A DNA stretch of 63,976 bases, the filler included. It is 5 parts of 5 records of this genome, joined end to end, with 100 filler letters (N's around TTAATTAATTAA, not from the genome) between each part and the next. Parts side by side here need not be neighbours in the genome. Positions count along the whole stretch, not along the records: positions 1 to 16,064 come from SRR20825010_163; positions 16,165 to 44,027 come from SRR20825010_168; 3 more parts are not named here. One strand, 5' to 3'. Below, in pieces: positions 9,937-19,720 of the stretch. The notes beneath the pieces were generated by a model, which saw nothing but the letters and a program-made list of their open reading frames with translations, had not been told where the DNA came from and searched no databases. Positions within the stretch are counted from its first letter, which is position 1. Every line of letters starts with the position of its first letter. The translations under genes and the position numbers were made by a program.

Positions 9937-10191
9937 TTAGCTGAGCACGTACGGCAGCAGGGCCATGAAGCGGGCGCGCTTGATGGCTCTCGCCAGCTCA
10001 CGCTGCTTCTTGGCTGAAACAGCCGTGATGCGGCTCGGAACGATCTTGCCGCGTTCGGACAGGAAGCGCTGCAGCAGCTTGATGTCCTTGTAGTCGATCT
10101 TCGGAGCGCTGGAGCTGGCGAAGGGGCAGGACTTGCGGCGGCGCATGAACGGCTTGCGGACAGCGGCGCGGGAAATTGTAAGAGTGCTCAT
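9937..10191 (-). CDS. rpsR: 30S ribosomal protein S18
   Basis: [34 protein letters not shown]. Confidence 0.97.
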   Translation of the reverse strand: MSTLTISRAAVRKPFMRRRKSCPFASSSAPKIDYKDIKLLQRFLSERGKIVPSRITAVSAKKQRELARAIKRARFMALLPYVLS

Positions 10192-10194
10192 GGA

Positions 10195-10671
10195 TCAGTC
10201 TCCCTGGGCTTCGCTTGAGGCCTGTTCGCGATCACCGCGTTCCGGGCGATCACCACGTTCCGGACGATCACCGCCTGGACGGTCACCACGGTCGAAACGA
10301 CCGCCGCCGCCCGGACGACCACCACGGCCACCGCGGTCGGTGCGTTCGGTCTTGGCGAGAACGATTGCGGAAGGACCTTCCGGAATTTCTTCCAGGCGCA
10401 GGGTGATGTAGCGCAGCACGTCTTCATTGAGACGCATCAGGCGTTCCATCTCCGTGATGGCTTCGGCCGGGGCTTCCATGTGCAGCAGCACATAATGGCC
10501 CTTGCGGTTCTTCTTGATCTTGTAGGAGAGGGAGCGCAGACCCCAGAATTCAGTATTCTTGATCTCGCCACCCATGTTGGTGATGATTTCGGAGAATTCG
10601 GTTGTAAGCTGCTCGGCTTGGGCGGACGAGATGTCCTGGCGTGCGATAAACACGCTCTCATAGAGAGGCAT
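10195..10671 (-). CDS. rpsF: 30S ribosomal protein S6 with Gly/Arg/Asp-rich tail
   Basis: MPLYESVFIARQD, WGLRSLSYKIKKNRKGHY, EDVLRY. Confidence 0.96.
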   Translation of the reverse strand: MPLYESVFIARQDISSAQAEQLTTEFSEIITNMGGEIKNTEFWGLRSLSYKIKKNRKGHYVLLHMEAPAEAITEMERLMRLNEDVLRYITLRLEEIPEGPSAIVLAKTERTDRGGRGGRPGGGGRFDRGDRPGGDRPERGDRPERGDREQASSEAQGD

Positions 10672-10743
10672 TGGTGCTCCTTACGGATAATCAGAACGTT
10701 CCTCGTGGAACGCTGCTAAGCCGGCTGCAAACCGGCAAGGAGT
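10672..10743 (-). promoter_or_regulatory. S6:S18 ribosomal protein leader (autoregulatory RNA)
   Basis: Minus strand reads CTCCTTGCC...TTATCCGTAAGGAGCACCA-ATG. CTCCTT pairs with the AAGGAG Shine-Dalgarno, with the CCG motif just 5' of it, as in known rpsF leaders. Confidence 0.7.
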
Positions 10744-10955
10744 TATGTAAAAACCCGCCCCGGCACGAGGTGCCTTAGCGCGGGACCGGCGGAATATACA
10801 CAAAACCGGCTGGCGTGCAACAGCGCTGTCGGTTCCGCTTGACAGGGCTTTTGCGGGTCGTTCTCTTTGGCGCCGCTAAAAAGCCGGTGCCTGCAGGCAC
10901 TTCTCTTCACCGTATTGCCGATGAAGAGGCTTTGGAAACGCCGTGAAAGACAAGG

Positions 10956-11915
10956 ATGTCACAGATGACGACGGTTCGCGCATTTACATTTCCGGGACAG
11001 GGTTCCCAGATCGTCGGAATGGGCAAGGCGCTTGCCGATGCCTATGGCGAGGCGCGCGCGGTTTTCGAACAGGTTGACGAGGCTCTGGGCGAGTCCCTGT
11101 CCCGGCTCATGTTTGAAGGGCCGGAAGAGGAGCTCCTCCTGACTCGCAATGCACAGCCCGCCCTGATGGCGGTCAGCCTTGCGGTCGTCCGCGTTCTGGA
11201 AGCCGAGAGCGGTAAGACGATCAAGGATATGGCCAGTTATGTGGCCGGCCACTCGCTTGGCGAATATTCGGCTCTCGCGGCCGCGAACTCGCTTGATATC
11301 GCGGACGCGGCCAAGTTGCTGCGGTTGCGCGGTGAAGCCATGCAGTCAGCGGTTCCGGTCGGAGAGGGCGCCATGGCGGCGCTGCTCGGTGTCTCGCTTG
11401 AGGTGGCGCGCGAGATCGCGGAAGCCGGCCGTGCAGGCGGCGGTGTCTGCGATGTGGCCAACGACAATGCCGACGGGCAGGTCGTGATCAGCGGGGCCAA
11501 GGAAGCCGTCGAACGTGCGGTTGCGGCGGCGGCCGACAAGGGCGCACGAAAGAGTGTCCTGCTGCCTGTCAGCGCACCGTTCCATTGCGGTCTGATGGCG
11601 CCGGCGGCGGACGCGATGGCGGAAGCGCTCGCGATTACGGACTTGCGCCAGCCGCTGGTGCCGCTGGTGGCAAACGTGCTGGCGGACAAGCTGGAGGATC
11701 CGAGCGAGATCCGCATCCGGCTCGTGGAGCAGGTGACCGGTATGGTGCGCTGGCGCGAGTCGGTGCTGTGGATGGCGTCTCAGGGTGTCACCGATATCGT
11801 CGAGATCGGCGCCGGCAAGGTGCTGACCGGCATGGCCAAGCGGATCGACCGTTCTCTCAAGGGCAGTGCCGTCGGCACGCCGGAAGAGATCGCGGCTTTT
11901 CTCGAAACCCTTTAA
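10956..11915 (+). CDS. fabD: Malonyl-CoA:ACP transacylase
   Basis: FPGQGSQ, GHSLGEY, VSAPFH; start may be ATG 10965. Confidence 0.96.
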   Translation: MSQMTTVRAFTFPGQGSQIVGMGKALADAYGEARAVFEQVDEALGESLSRLMFEGPEEELLLTRNAQPALMAVSLAVVRVLEAESGKTIKDMASYVAGHSLGEYSALAAANSLDIADAAKLLRLRGEAMQSAVPVGEGAMAALLGVSLEVAREIAEAGRAGGGVCDVANDNADGQVVISGAKEAVERAVAAAADKGARKSVLLPVSAPFHCGLMAPAADAMAEALAITDLRQPLVPLVANVLADKLEDPSEIRIRLVEQVTGMVRWRESVLWMASQGVTDIVEIGAGKVLTGMAKRIDRSLKGSAVGTPEEIAAFLETL

Positions 11916-11953
11916 GGTCCAATCGGCCCGTGCGCGGGTGAGGGAGAATTCAA

Positions 11954-12694
11954 ATGTTTCGTCTTGATGGAAAATCGGCCCTGGTGACCGGCGCAAGCGG
12001 GGGCATTGGCAGTGCTATTGCCAAGGCTCTTCATGCGCAGGGAGCTGAAGTCATCCTGTCCGGCACCCGCGAGGAAGCGCTGCAGGCGCTGGCAGCGGAG
12101 CTGGGCGAGCGGGCGCATGTCGTCACGGCCAATCTCGGCGATGCCGAGTCGGTCGCTGCGCTTGCCAAGAGTGCGGAAGAAACCGCTGACGGCGGTATCG
12201 ATATTCTGATCAACAATGCGGGTGTGACCCGTGACGGTCTGATGATGCGGATGAAGGACGAGGACTGGGAGGCGGTGATGAACGTCAACCTGACCTCCGG
12301 CTTCCGACTGTCGCGCGCGCTGATGCGGGGCATGATGAAGCGGCGCTGGGGCCGTGTCATCGGGGTCTCCTCCATTGTCGGCGCGACCGGTAACCCGGGG
12401 CAGGCGAACTACGCGGCCTCCAAGGCCGGCATGGTCGGTTTCACCAAGTCGCTCGCCCAGGAAGTCGCAAATCGGGGCATTACCGCGAATGTGGTGGCGC
12501 CTGGCTTTATCAAGACGGCGATGACCGACGCACTTGATGAGGCGCAGCACGAGAAGCTGCTGACCGCTGTTCCCGCGGGACGGCTTGGCACACCGGAAGA
12601 TATTGCGGCTTCGGTGGTTTATCTCGCCTCCGAGGAGGCGTCTTATGTGACCGGCGCGACCATTCATGTGAATGGTGGCATGGCAATGCTATAG
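11954..12694 (+). CDS. fabG: 3-oxoacyl-ACP reductase
   Basis: TGASGGIG, NNAGVTRD, GQANYAASKAG, APGFI; fab operon context. Confidence 0.95.
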   Translation: MFRLDGKSALVTGASGGIGSAIAKALHAQGAEVILSGTREEALQALAAELGERAHVVTANLGDAESVAALAKSAEETADGGIDILINNAGVTRDGLMMRMKDEDWEAVMNVNLTSGFRLSRALMRGMMKRRWGRVIGVSSIVGATGNPGQANYAASKAGMVGFTKSLAQEVANRGITANVVAPGFIKTAMTDALDEAQHEKLLTAVPAGRLGTPEDIAASVVYLASEEASYVTGATIHVNGGMAML

Positions 12695-12939
12695 GTCTTC
12701 CAGCCCGGCGCGGAGAGGGCGATTCGCTTGTTCCGCGCGGGGTTCATGAGGCGGCGCTTGGTGTTTCTGATGCTAGGCAAGTAAAAAAAAGTATGGTATC
12801 CCGCCGCCGCTTACAGGCTTGCTGCCTAACTGTTTCGGACTCCATGATGAAACCCGGGTTTCTTGGAGTATATTAGAGGTCGGTGAACGCAGGCGTTTCG
12901 CTGACAAACCGTTGAGCTTAAGATTCGAGGAAAACAAAA

Positions 12940-13176
12940 ATGAGTGACGTCGCCGCTAGCGTGAAGAAGATCGTGGTCGAACATCTCGGCGTTGATGAGG
13001 CCAAAGTGGTCGATTCCGCGAGCTTCATCGACGACCTCGGGGCCGACAGCCTCGACACGGTTGAACTTGTCATGGCGTTCGAAGAAGAATTTGGCGTCGA
13101 AATTCCGGATGATGCCGCCGAGAAAATCCTGACCGTGAAGGACGCTATTTCCTTCATCGAAGCATCCTCCAAGTAA
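12940..13176 (+). CDS. acpP: Acyl carrier protein
   Basis: [20 protein letters not shown] phosphopantetheine site. Confidence 0.97.
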   Translation: MSDVAASVKKIVVEHLGVDEAKVVDSASFIDDLGADSLDTVELVMAFEEEFGVEIPDDAAEKILTVKDAISFIEASSK

Positions 13177-13190
13177 TTGGCTGACGACTG

Positions 13191-13217
13191 CCCTCGGGCG
13201 GAGTTCTCCGCCCGGGG
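13191..13217 (+). terminator. GC-rich hairpin after acpP (attenuating terminator or stabilising stem)
   Basis: CCCTCGGGCGGA-GTTC-TCCGCCCGGGG; only a short T-run follows. Confidence 0.5.
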
Positions 13218-13247
13218 TTACGTTTGTAATCTGGAAAAGTGCAAGGC

Positions 13248-14513
13248 ATGAGACGTGTCGTAATCACCGGCCTCGGTCTGGTTACGCCCCTCGGCGATGG
13301 GGTCGAACATAATTGGTCCCGACTCCTGAACAGTGAGTCCGGTATCAGGGCAATCGATACATTCGATGTTTCCGACCTGCCGGCGAAAGTTGCCGGTATT
13401 GTTCAGGAAGGCGAAGGGGGAGGCGGTCTTTTCAATCCGTCCGCCTACATGGAGCCGAAGGAACAGCGCAAGGTCGACCGTTTCATCCTTCTGGGTGTGG
13501 CTGCTGCCGATCAGGCGGTGCGCGATTCCGGATGGATGCCGCAGGATGAGGAAAGCCAGGATCGTACCGGCGTTCTCATCGGTTCCGGCATTGGCGGTCT
13601 GAGCAGCATCTCCGAGACCGAGGATCTGATAAAGGAGCGTGGGCCGCGCCGTATCAGCCCGTTCTTCATTCCGGCTGCACTGATCAATCTTATTTCCGGC
13701 CATGTTTCCATCCGCTTCAGGTTCCGCGGTCCGAACCATGCCGTTGTCACGGCCTGCGCGACCGGCGCCCATGCTATCGGGGATGCCGCGCGTTTGATCA
13801 TGCTGGATGATGCGGATGTCATGGTCGCTGGCGGCTCCGAAGCGGCTGTTAGCCGGCTCGGCATTGCCGGTTTTGCGGCGGCCCGCGCGTTATCGACGAA
13901 TTTCAACGACGCTCCCGAAACGGCGTCCCGTCCGTGGGACGAAGGCCGTGACGGTTTCGTCATGGGCGAAGGTGGCGGTTGCGTCGTTCTTGAAGAATAC
14001 GAGCACGCCAAACGCCGTGGCGCGAAGATCTACGCCGAAGTAACTGGCTATGGTCTTTCCGGTGACGCTAATCACATCACGGCCCCGGCCGCCGACGGCA
14101 ATGGCGGTTTCCGCGCCATGAAGGCCGCTCTGAAGCGGGCCAATCTGGCGACGGACCAGATCGATTATATCAACGCGCACGGCACCTCCACGCCGCTCGG
14201 CGATATGATCGAGCTTGGTGCCGTGAAGCGTCTGATGGGGGACGATCTGGGCGGTGCTTCCATGTCGTCGACCAAATCGGCCATCGGGCATCTGCTCGGC
14301 GCGGCGGGTGCGGTTGAAGCCATTTATTCGGTTCTGGCGATCCGCGACAGCATGCTGCCGCCGACGCTTAATCTCGAGAATCCCTCCGAGAATGTCGGGC
14401 CGGTGGATCTCGTGCCGCTCAAGGCAAGGGAGCGCAAGATTAAACACGCGCTTTCCAATTCCTTCGGATTTGGCGGCACCAACGCCTCCCTGATCTTCTC
14501 AGCCGTGGATTAA
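13248..14513 (+). CDS. fabF: Beta-ketoacyl-ACP synthase II
   Basis: MRRVVITGLG, TACATG (Cys), NAHGTST, GHLLGAAG, NSFGFGG. ATG 13248 preferred over GTG 13239. Confidence 0.96.
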   Translation: MRRVVITGLGLVTPLGDGVEHNWSRLLNSESGIRAIDTFDVSDLPAKVAGIVQEGEGGGGLFNPSAYMEPKEQRKVDRFILLGVAAADQAVRDSGWMPQDEESQDRTGVLIGSGIGGLSSISETEDLIKERGPRRISPFFIPAALINLISGHVSIRFRFRGPNHAVVTACATGAHAIGDAARLIMLDDADVMVAGGSEAAVSRLGIAGFAAARALSTNFNDAPETASRPWDEGRDGFVMGEGGGCVVLEEYEHAKRRGAKIYAEVTGYGLSGDANHITAPAADGNGGFRAMKAALKRANLATDQIDYINAHGTSTPLGDMIELGAVKRLMGDDLGGASMSSTKSAIGHLLGAAGAVEAIYSVLAIRDSMLPPTLNLENPSENVGPVDLVPLKARERKIKHALSNSFGFGGTNASLIFSAVD

Positions 14514-14519
14514 CGCAGC

Positions 14520-15488
14520 ATGGGCCGTGCCCTGCTGCGTGCTTTTCTTGGACTGGTCATGCTGGCTATCGCCGGTGCTGTGTGCTGCGCGTGGCTTTAC
14601 GCGCAGTTCACCAGCCCGGGGCCGCTGTCCGCATCCACTGCCATTGTCATTCCCTCCGGAACGGGCCTTGAAGGCATCGCCTCGACCTTGAAGAGAGCGG
14701 GCGCAATCAGGCGCGATTATATCTTCGTTATCGGCGCAAGAGTCTCGCAGCAGGCCCGGAACCTCAAAGCCGGGGAGTATCTGATTCCGGCCGCGTCCAG
14801 TCCGCGTCAGGTGATGGATATCCTGGCATCCGGCAAGACCGTGGTGCGCCGGTTGACGATTCCGGAAGGGCTGACCGTCGCCGAGGTGATCGACCGGTTG
14901 AATATTGCCGAAGGGCTGACCGGCTCCGGAGGTGAGCCGGACGAGGGGTCGCTGCTGCCGGAGACCTATCATTTTTCCTACGGCGATTCCCGGGAGGAAT
15001 TGGTCAAGCGTATGCAGTCCTCGATGCGGGAGGCCGTTACCCGGTTGTGGGGAATGCGGTCTCCGGATCTACCGATAAAGACACCGGAAGAGGCCGTCAT
15101 TCTGGCTTCCATCGTGGAGAGGGAAACCGGCATTCCGCAGGAACGTGGTCTGGTCGCGGGGGTGTTCGTCAACCGCTTGAAACGCGGCATGCGCCTGCAG
15201 TCCGATCCGACCGTGGCCTATGGCATTGCGCCTGGCGGTCTCGATCGGCCTTTAACACGCGCCGACCTGAAAGAGCCGACACCTTACAACACCTATGTGA
15301 TCAAGGGGCTTCCGCCGACCCCGATCGCCAATCCAGGGATTGATGCTATCCGGGCCGTGATGAACCCGGTGGAGACGGATTATATCTATTTCGTCGCCGA
15401 CGGGTCTGGTGGGCATGCTTTCGCCCGGACGCTGGACGACCACAACCGGAATGTCAGGAAGTGGCGGAAACTCCAGAACGGAAACTGA
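14520..15488 (+). CDS. mltG: Endolytic transglycosylase MltG (YceG)
   Basis: N-terminal TM helix, LASIVERE, RLQSDPT, YNTY..GLPPTPIANPG. Confidence 0.95.
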   Translation: MGRALLRAFLGLVMLAIAGAVCCAWLYAQFTSPGPLSASTAIVIPSGTGLEGIASTLKRAGAIRRDYIFVIGARVSQQARNLKAGEYLIPAASSPRQVMDILASGKTVVRRLTIPEGLTVAEVIDRLNIAEGLTGSGGEPDEGSLLPETYHFSYGDSREELVKRMQSSMREAVTRLWGMRSPDLPIKTPEEAVILASIVERETGIPQERGLVAGVFVNRLKRGMRLQSDPTVAYGIAPGGLDRPLTRADLKEPTPYNTYVIKGLPPTPIANPGIDAIRAVMNPVETDYIYFVADGSGGHAFARTLDDHNRNVRKWRKLQNGN

Positions 15489-15655
15489 ACGGTAAAGTGT
15501 AATCGTTGCCTGCGGTATTGTAGCGGCGAAGCTGACATGCATGCATTTCTTACCGCTCTGACACCAGCCGATTGCACTTGCCATGGGTGGGCTATCGGAT
15601 CTGAATGGGCCGCCCGCCATACGGGTTCTCCGGCTACAGGGCCAAAGGTTTGCCG

Positions 15656-16064
15656 ATGCAGGTAAATTTCGTTGTTCACATCGTCAGTATGGTTGTCTTC
15701 GGCACCGCGATCGCGGCGATGCTGCCTATGCTGGCCGATGTCATCTCGGGCCGGGCGGAATGGGTGGCTTTCGCCGTTTCGGCCGCTGCGATGGGGTTTT
15801 TCGGCGGCGCCTGCATTCTGGCCACCCGTGGGGAGCGGTCGAAAGCAATTTCCCTGCGGACCGCATTCCTGCTGACCGGGCTTTCCTGGTTCGTTCTGCC
15901 GCTGTTCGCGGCATTGCCCTTCCTTGATCTTGGCCTCAGTTACGCCGACGCGATCTTCGAGGCGACGTCGGGAATCACCACAACCGGGTCGACCGTGATC
16001 CAGGGGCTCGACGATCTGCCGCCGGGGATCCTGCTCTGGCGCTCCATCCTGCAATGGATCGGCG
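15656..16064 (+). CDS. trkH: TrkH family potassium uptake permease, 5' part (truncated at contig end)
   Basis: ALPF, DAIFEATSGITTTGSTV and LLWRSILQWIG motifs. Confidence 0.9.
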
Positions 16065-16164
16065 NNNNNNNNNNNNNNNNNNNNNNNNNNNNNNNNNNNN
16101 NNNNNNNNTTAATTAATTAANNNNNNNNNNNNNNNNNNNNNNNNNNNNNNNNNNNNNNNNNNNN
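16065..16164. other. Artificial contig spacer
   Basis: 44 N + TTAATTAATTAA + 44 N; composition and taxon signal switch across it. Confidence 0.97.
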
Positions 16165-16682
16165 ATGTAATGATCCTGTTCCAGTCCTAGCGTGAGCCTT
16201 TGCCAGGTTCTTCCTTCGTCCTGACTCCTGTAGATTCCCTTTCCCCGGAAGTAACCTGCTTCATTGAGTTCAACAATGTAACCGGTCGAAACGAACACAT
16301 CGCCATTATCAAGTAGGAGCAGGCCCGTGATCCCTTCATGCCCATCTAGAGGTAACTGTTTCGAGCTCCAGGTGGCTCCCCCGTCTCTGGAAACATAGAC
16401 CTCCCCCATCATGGAGGTTCCGTAGATCAGCTCTCCCGAAATAGCCAGATGAAAAAAGGGGGTAGTTCCAGAAAGCAAATGCGACCAGGAATGGCCGTCG
16501 TTACTACTTTTGAAAATCCCTTGACTTGTTCCCAGGTAAAGGTCGTCTTTGTCATCAGAGGCGATTGTAAAAAATACCGTTGGCCCGTCGCTGGGGTTGA
16601 CAGGAATTGGTTTCCAAAATTCTTCGTTGAACTGGCCCACCACCAACTGGGGCAAGGCGAGTAGGAGGTATATTAGTCTCAC
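16165..16682 (-). CDS. Secreted BNR/Asp-box repeat beta-propeller protein, 5' part
   Basis: Signal peptide; repeated S-x-D-x-G-x-T/S-W boxes (SSNDGHSW, SRDGGATW, SQDEGRTW). Confidence 0.8.
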
Positions 16683-16698
16683 TATTTATAAAAATTAA

Positions 16699-17226
16699 TT
16701 ACGCATTGACGCTTCTCATTTCCGAAAGGTTGGAAGCCGATGTTGTAAGAGGGGCTATTTTTTGGGTGATGTTTACAGGGAGCTGTTCAATCCACTTCTG
16801 TGCGGCTACAGGATCGGTGAAATACTGCTCTCGATCATTACCAAACATACTTTGATATTGGTCGATCTTGGAGGCATCCTGATGCACGTGGGCAGCACCC
16901 ACGCATCGAACGCCTCTACTTATGGCAAGCTGCAAATCGGAAGCTTCGTCGAACAGGTCAAGGTAGCCAATGCGCCAGCCATGATTTGCAAGCGCAATGG
17001 GAATGACGTTTCTATACCTTTTGTGTGCTTCCACATTGGCTGCTTTGAAGCCGTGCAAATCCACCAACATTTTAAATACACCATCATATTCAATTTCATC
17101 CAGTGACTGATGCAGGCCCCTTTCCCAATCTTCGATCTCAGCGATTGTTACGTCCCCGCTGAGTCGGGTGAGTACTAACTTTTCCTCACTTAGCCATGTA
17201 CTGGTTAGATTCTCTATTGTTTTCAA
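16699..17226 (-). CDS. Hypothetical protein, possible STAS/SEC14 (SpoIIAA-like) fold
   Basis: TTG start, co-oriented in the gene run; pattern RLSG.VT...MLVDL.GF...YF.D..AA..WI resembles SpoIIAA-like proteins (inference). Confidence 0.55.
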   Translation of the reverse strand: MKTIENLTSTWLSEEKLVLTRLSGDVTIAEIEDWERGLHQSLDEIEYDGVFKMLVDLHGFKAANVEAHKRYRNVIPIALANHGWRIGYLDLFDEASDLQLAISRGVRCVGAAHVHQDASKIDQYQSMFGNDREQYFTDPVAAQKWIEQLPVNITQKIAPLTTSASNLSEMRSVNA

Positions 17227-17238
17227 AAGCTTGTTTCT

Positions 17239-17898
17239 TTAGTTTATTGATGCTTTCAGGTCTTCAGCTGAGATATTTGCAGGTACCCGATTTTCGATTG
17301 GTTTAAGCGATTTCAGGTATGCAAACAGCGCATTCAGGTCTTCGTCGTTGATGTGTTTATACATCTCCCAGGGCATTGGAGGTACCAGGTCACGGCTTCC
17401 CTCTATTCCCTTGTATTTTCCTTTGCGCAAAGCCGTGGCAAATTGTTCAATCGTCCACCTGCCAATCCCCGTAGCGTGTGGGGTAAGGTTGGCAGAAAAC
17501 GATTGACCCCAGGGTCCTACAAATGACGTTGCATTCATGGAGAAGAGCACCCAGTCGTCTGTGTGAACGATTGGTGGCAACTCATCACCACTCGGATGCC
17601 CCGACATCAATCGGGAAGGATCAGGAATGGGACCATGAGCGGTCATTATTTTTGGTGAATGACAATCGTGACAGGCACCCATATTAGCCAGATATTCCCC
17701 TCTTTTTATCAGCGACTCGCCAGACAAGGGGGGATTGATCGTTTCGTTCTTTTGAGGCTGACAGCCAATCAAAATAAGGACAATTAAAAGCGGAGCGAAA
17801 TAGTTCTCGGCCGAAAGACGAAGCAAGGAAAATACGCTTCTGACAATTTGCATACTTGATGAAATTTTCTGTTTAAATAAATTAGTTATTCGATTCAT
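17239..17898 (-). CDS. c-type cytochrome, probable lipoprotein
   Basis: RGEYLA...CHDCH heme motif, ANLTP, PPMPW distal Met, lipobox-like LIGC; true start may lie downstream. Confidence 0.85.
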   Translation of the reverse strand: MNRITNLFKQKISSSMQIVRSVFSLLRLSAENYFAPLLIVLILIGCQPQKNETINPPLSGESLIKRGEYLANMGACHDCHSPKIMTAHGPIPDPSRLMSGHPSGDELPPIVHTDDWVLFSMNATSFVGPWGQSFSANLTPHATGIGRWTIEQFATALRKGKYKGIEGSRDLVPPMPWEMYKHINDEDLNALFAYLKSLKPIENRVPANISAEDLKASIN

Positions 17899-17921
17899 AT
17901 TGATTTGATTATTAATTTTTA

Positions 17922-18329
17922 TTAAAGATTAGGGACACTGCGTTCTACCCAACATTCGGCCAACTTTCCGTCGCGAATGCGCCATATGGCAATTCCCGTA
18001 AAGGAGATTTTGCGGTTATCGGGGGCTAGCCCGAATAGTCCATTGTTTTTTCCTGAACAAATCCACCGGGAAACAACCCGGTCACCATCGGAGTTGGAGA
18101 AAATGGCCTGGTTGATGGTTGAGGAATCCAGAAGTTTCTCCTGAAACATTCTAACCCATTCCTTGAATGCATTCCTTCCGCTGATTCGGTTGCCTGCAGT
18201 AGTGATCGTGTAATCTTCCGTCATTAACTCATCTATGGCGTCTAGTTCATGAGATGGCCCCCACACGCGATGGAGGAATTCGAGGACGAGTCGCTCAGGG
18301 GTACCGCCCGTTTTATTGGTGTTCATCAT
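17922..18329 (-). CDS. SnoaL-like ester cyclase / NTF2 family protein
   Basis: DRVVSRW, G.APDNRKISFTGIAIWRIRDGKLAECW. Confidence 0.85.
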   Translation of the reverse strand: MMNTNKTGGTPERLVLEFLHRVWGPSHELDAIDELMTEDYTITTAGNRISGRNAFKEWVRMFQEKLLDSSTINQAIFSNSDGDRVVSRWICSGKNNGLFGLAPDNRKISFTGIAIWRIRDGKLAECWVERSVPNL

Positions 18330-18373
18330 GCTTCAGTTTTAAATCTTGGGAATGGATACTTAAATTTTCGCGG

Positions 18374-18850
18374 TTACAATGCGAACCAAGGGATACTCTT
18401 TTTGAGTGTGATGGACGCGGATAGGCCAACAGAAAATCCTCTTGGGAGGTCTTTCACACCCACGATGGATCGGGAGTGCATGCCTTTTTCTCCTAATACA
18501 TTAATCAGGAGATCCGAGGCTCCATTAACAGCGATTGGCGCATCGTCCCAGCCTGCCGCACTGCGGTAATAGGCTTCCAGATGGTTAATCCCTTCAAGTC
18601 GGTTGATTGACAAATTTTTGTTAATCTGGGCCAATAGATTCAATGCGCACAGCTGCATGGCTTTATATCCATCTGCTGTGGTCAGATTATTTCCTAATTC
18701 ACCCTGATAGAGATACTCACCGTTAAGAATAGGGAACTGTATGGCAATAAATGCCATCGATCCACGGATATTAAACGAGCAGTAATTTCCACCCGGTAGA
18801 GAGGGTTGGGGTAGTTCTGTCCCAATTTCCCTCAGCTTATCTTCAATCAT
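18374..18850 (-). CDS. RidA/YjgF family protein
   Basis: LNLLAQ, NGASDLL.NVLGEKG.HSRS.VGV.DLP motif; start overlaps the upstream stop. Confidence 0.85.
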   Translation of the reverse strand: MIEDKLREIGTELPQPSLPGGNYCSFNIRGSMAFIAIQFPILNGEYLYQGELGNNLTTADGYKAMQLCALNLLAQINKNLSINRLEGINHLEAYYRSAAGWDDAPIAVNGASDLLINVLGEKGMHSRSIVGVKDLPRGFSVGLSASITLKKSIPWFAL

Positions 18851-19658
18851 AAATATTGGAATGAAATAGTTTTTTAATGTTCAGAATTTCACCATCCATG
18901 GGAACCAACAATTGCTCAGGCGAAATATTTCTGTTAGCAGCAAGTTGCCTTAACCCTGCTCGGGTGATCGTTTCATGATCCAACGCACCTAAATGCGTGA
19001 CAATGACCCGACTTTTTTGCGCATGGTTGCAAAGGCTTATCACCTGCTCTGCATCCATGACCAACAAGTCACTGTCTTCTGTAAAAGCAGGACCAAAGAC
19101 GTTGTGGGTGCTGCTGAAACGGTTGCCCCCGCCATGGCATAGAATCACTTTCGGCTTATACTTATCGATAACCTGCTTTACTTTATCGTACCAGATTGTA
19201 TCACCACACCAGTAGAAAGTGGTTTCATCTGCATGTTGAAATACAAACCCGGACGCCACCCCCATAAGTGGGAGGATGGATCCTGACCCATGCTGACAAG
19301 CCGTCCGTGAAAGGGTTATCTGCTCCACAGGTATCACACCATTTACTTCTATCACCTGCTCAAATCCAAGCGTCCGTATATACCCGGCATCTTCCGGCTG
19401 ACAAATAATTGGCAGACTTTTGGGCACAAGGTTCTGAGCCGCCTCGTCGAAATGATCCATGTGGAGATGGGATACCAGGACGTAATCGACATCCTGGAGT
19501 ATTTCTTCTACAGGAATGGGAAGCCCAACGAGTGGATTCCTATCCAGACCGGCCAATGAAATCTGGCTCTTTGCATCGGCGAAATAGGGGTCAATCAAAA
19601 AGACGACACCCGCGTAGTTTAGCTTGATCGTGGCATTTCGAATCAATTGTATTTCCAT
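18843..19658 (-). CDS. Metallo-beta-lactamase fold hydrolase (YddR-like)
   Basis: IQLIRNAT, FLIDP, SHLHMDHFD (HxHxDH), GDTIW. Confidence 0.88.
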   Translation of the reverse strand: MEIQLIRNATIKLNYAGVVFLIDPYFADAKSQISLAGLDRNPLVGLPIPVEEILQDVDYVLVSHLHMDHFDEAAQNLVPKSLPIICQPEDAGYIRTLGFEQVIEVNGVIPVEQITLSRTACQHGSGSILPLMGVASGFVFQHADETTFYWCGDTIWYDKVKQVIDKYKPKVILCHGGGNRFSSTHNVFGPAFTEDSDLLVMDAEQVISLCNHAQKSRVIVTHLGALDHETITRAGLRQLAANRNISPEQLLVPMDGEILNIKKLFHSNIYD

Positions 19659-19720
19659 AAAACGTGCTTTTTTGATTCAAAATTAGAACCCACTAGAGGT
19701 ATGACAACTATTCAAAATTG

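Noticed and set aside
15489..16064. trkH rather than yicC-gmk after mltG
   Set aside because: Ordinary synteny variation with no mobile-element signs, and the contig ends here.
16109..16120. TTAATTAATTAA recurring four times between N runs
   Set aside because: Artificial six-frame-stop linker, not a biological repeat. ORF-track entries containing X read through it and are artefactually extended.
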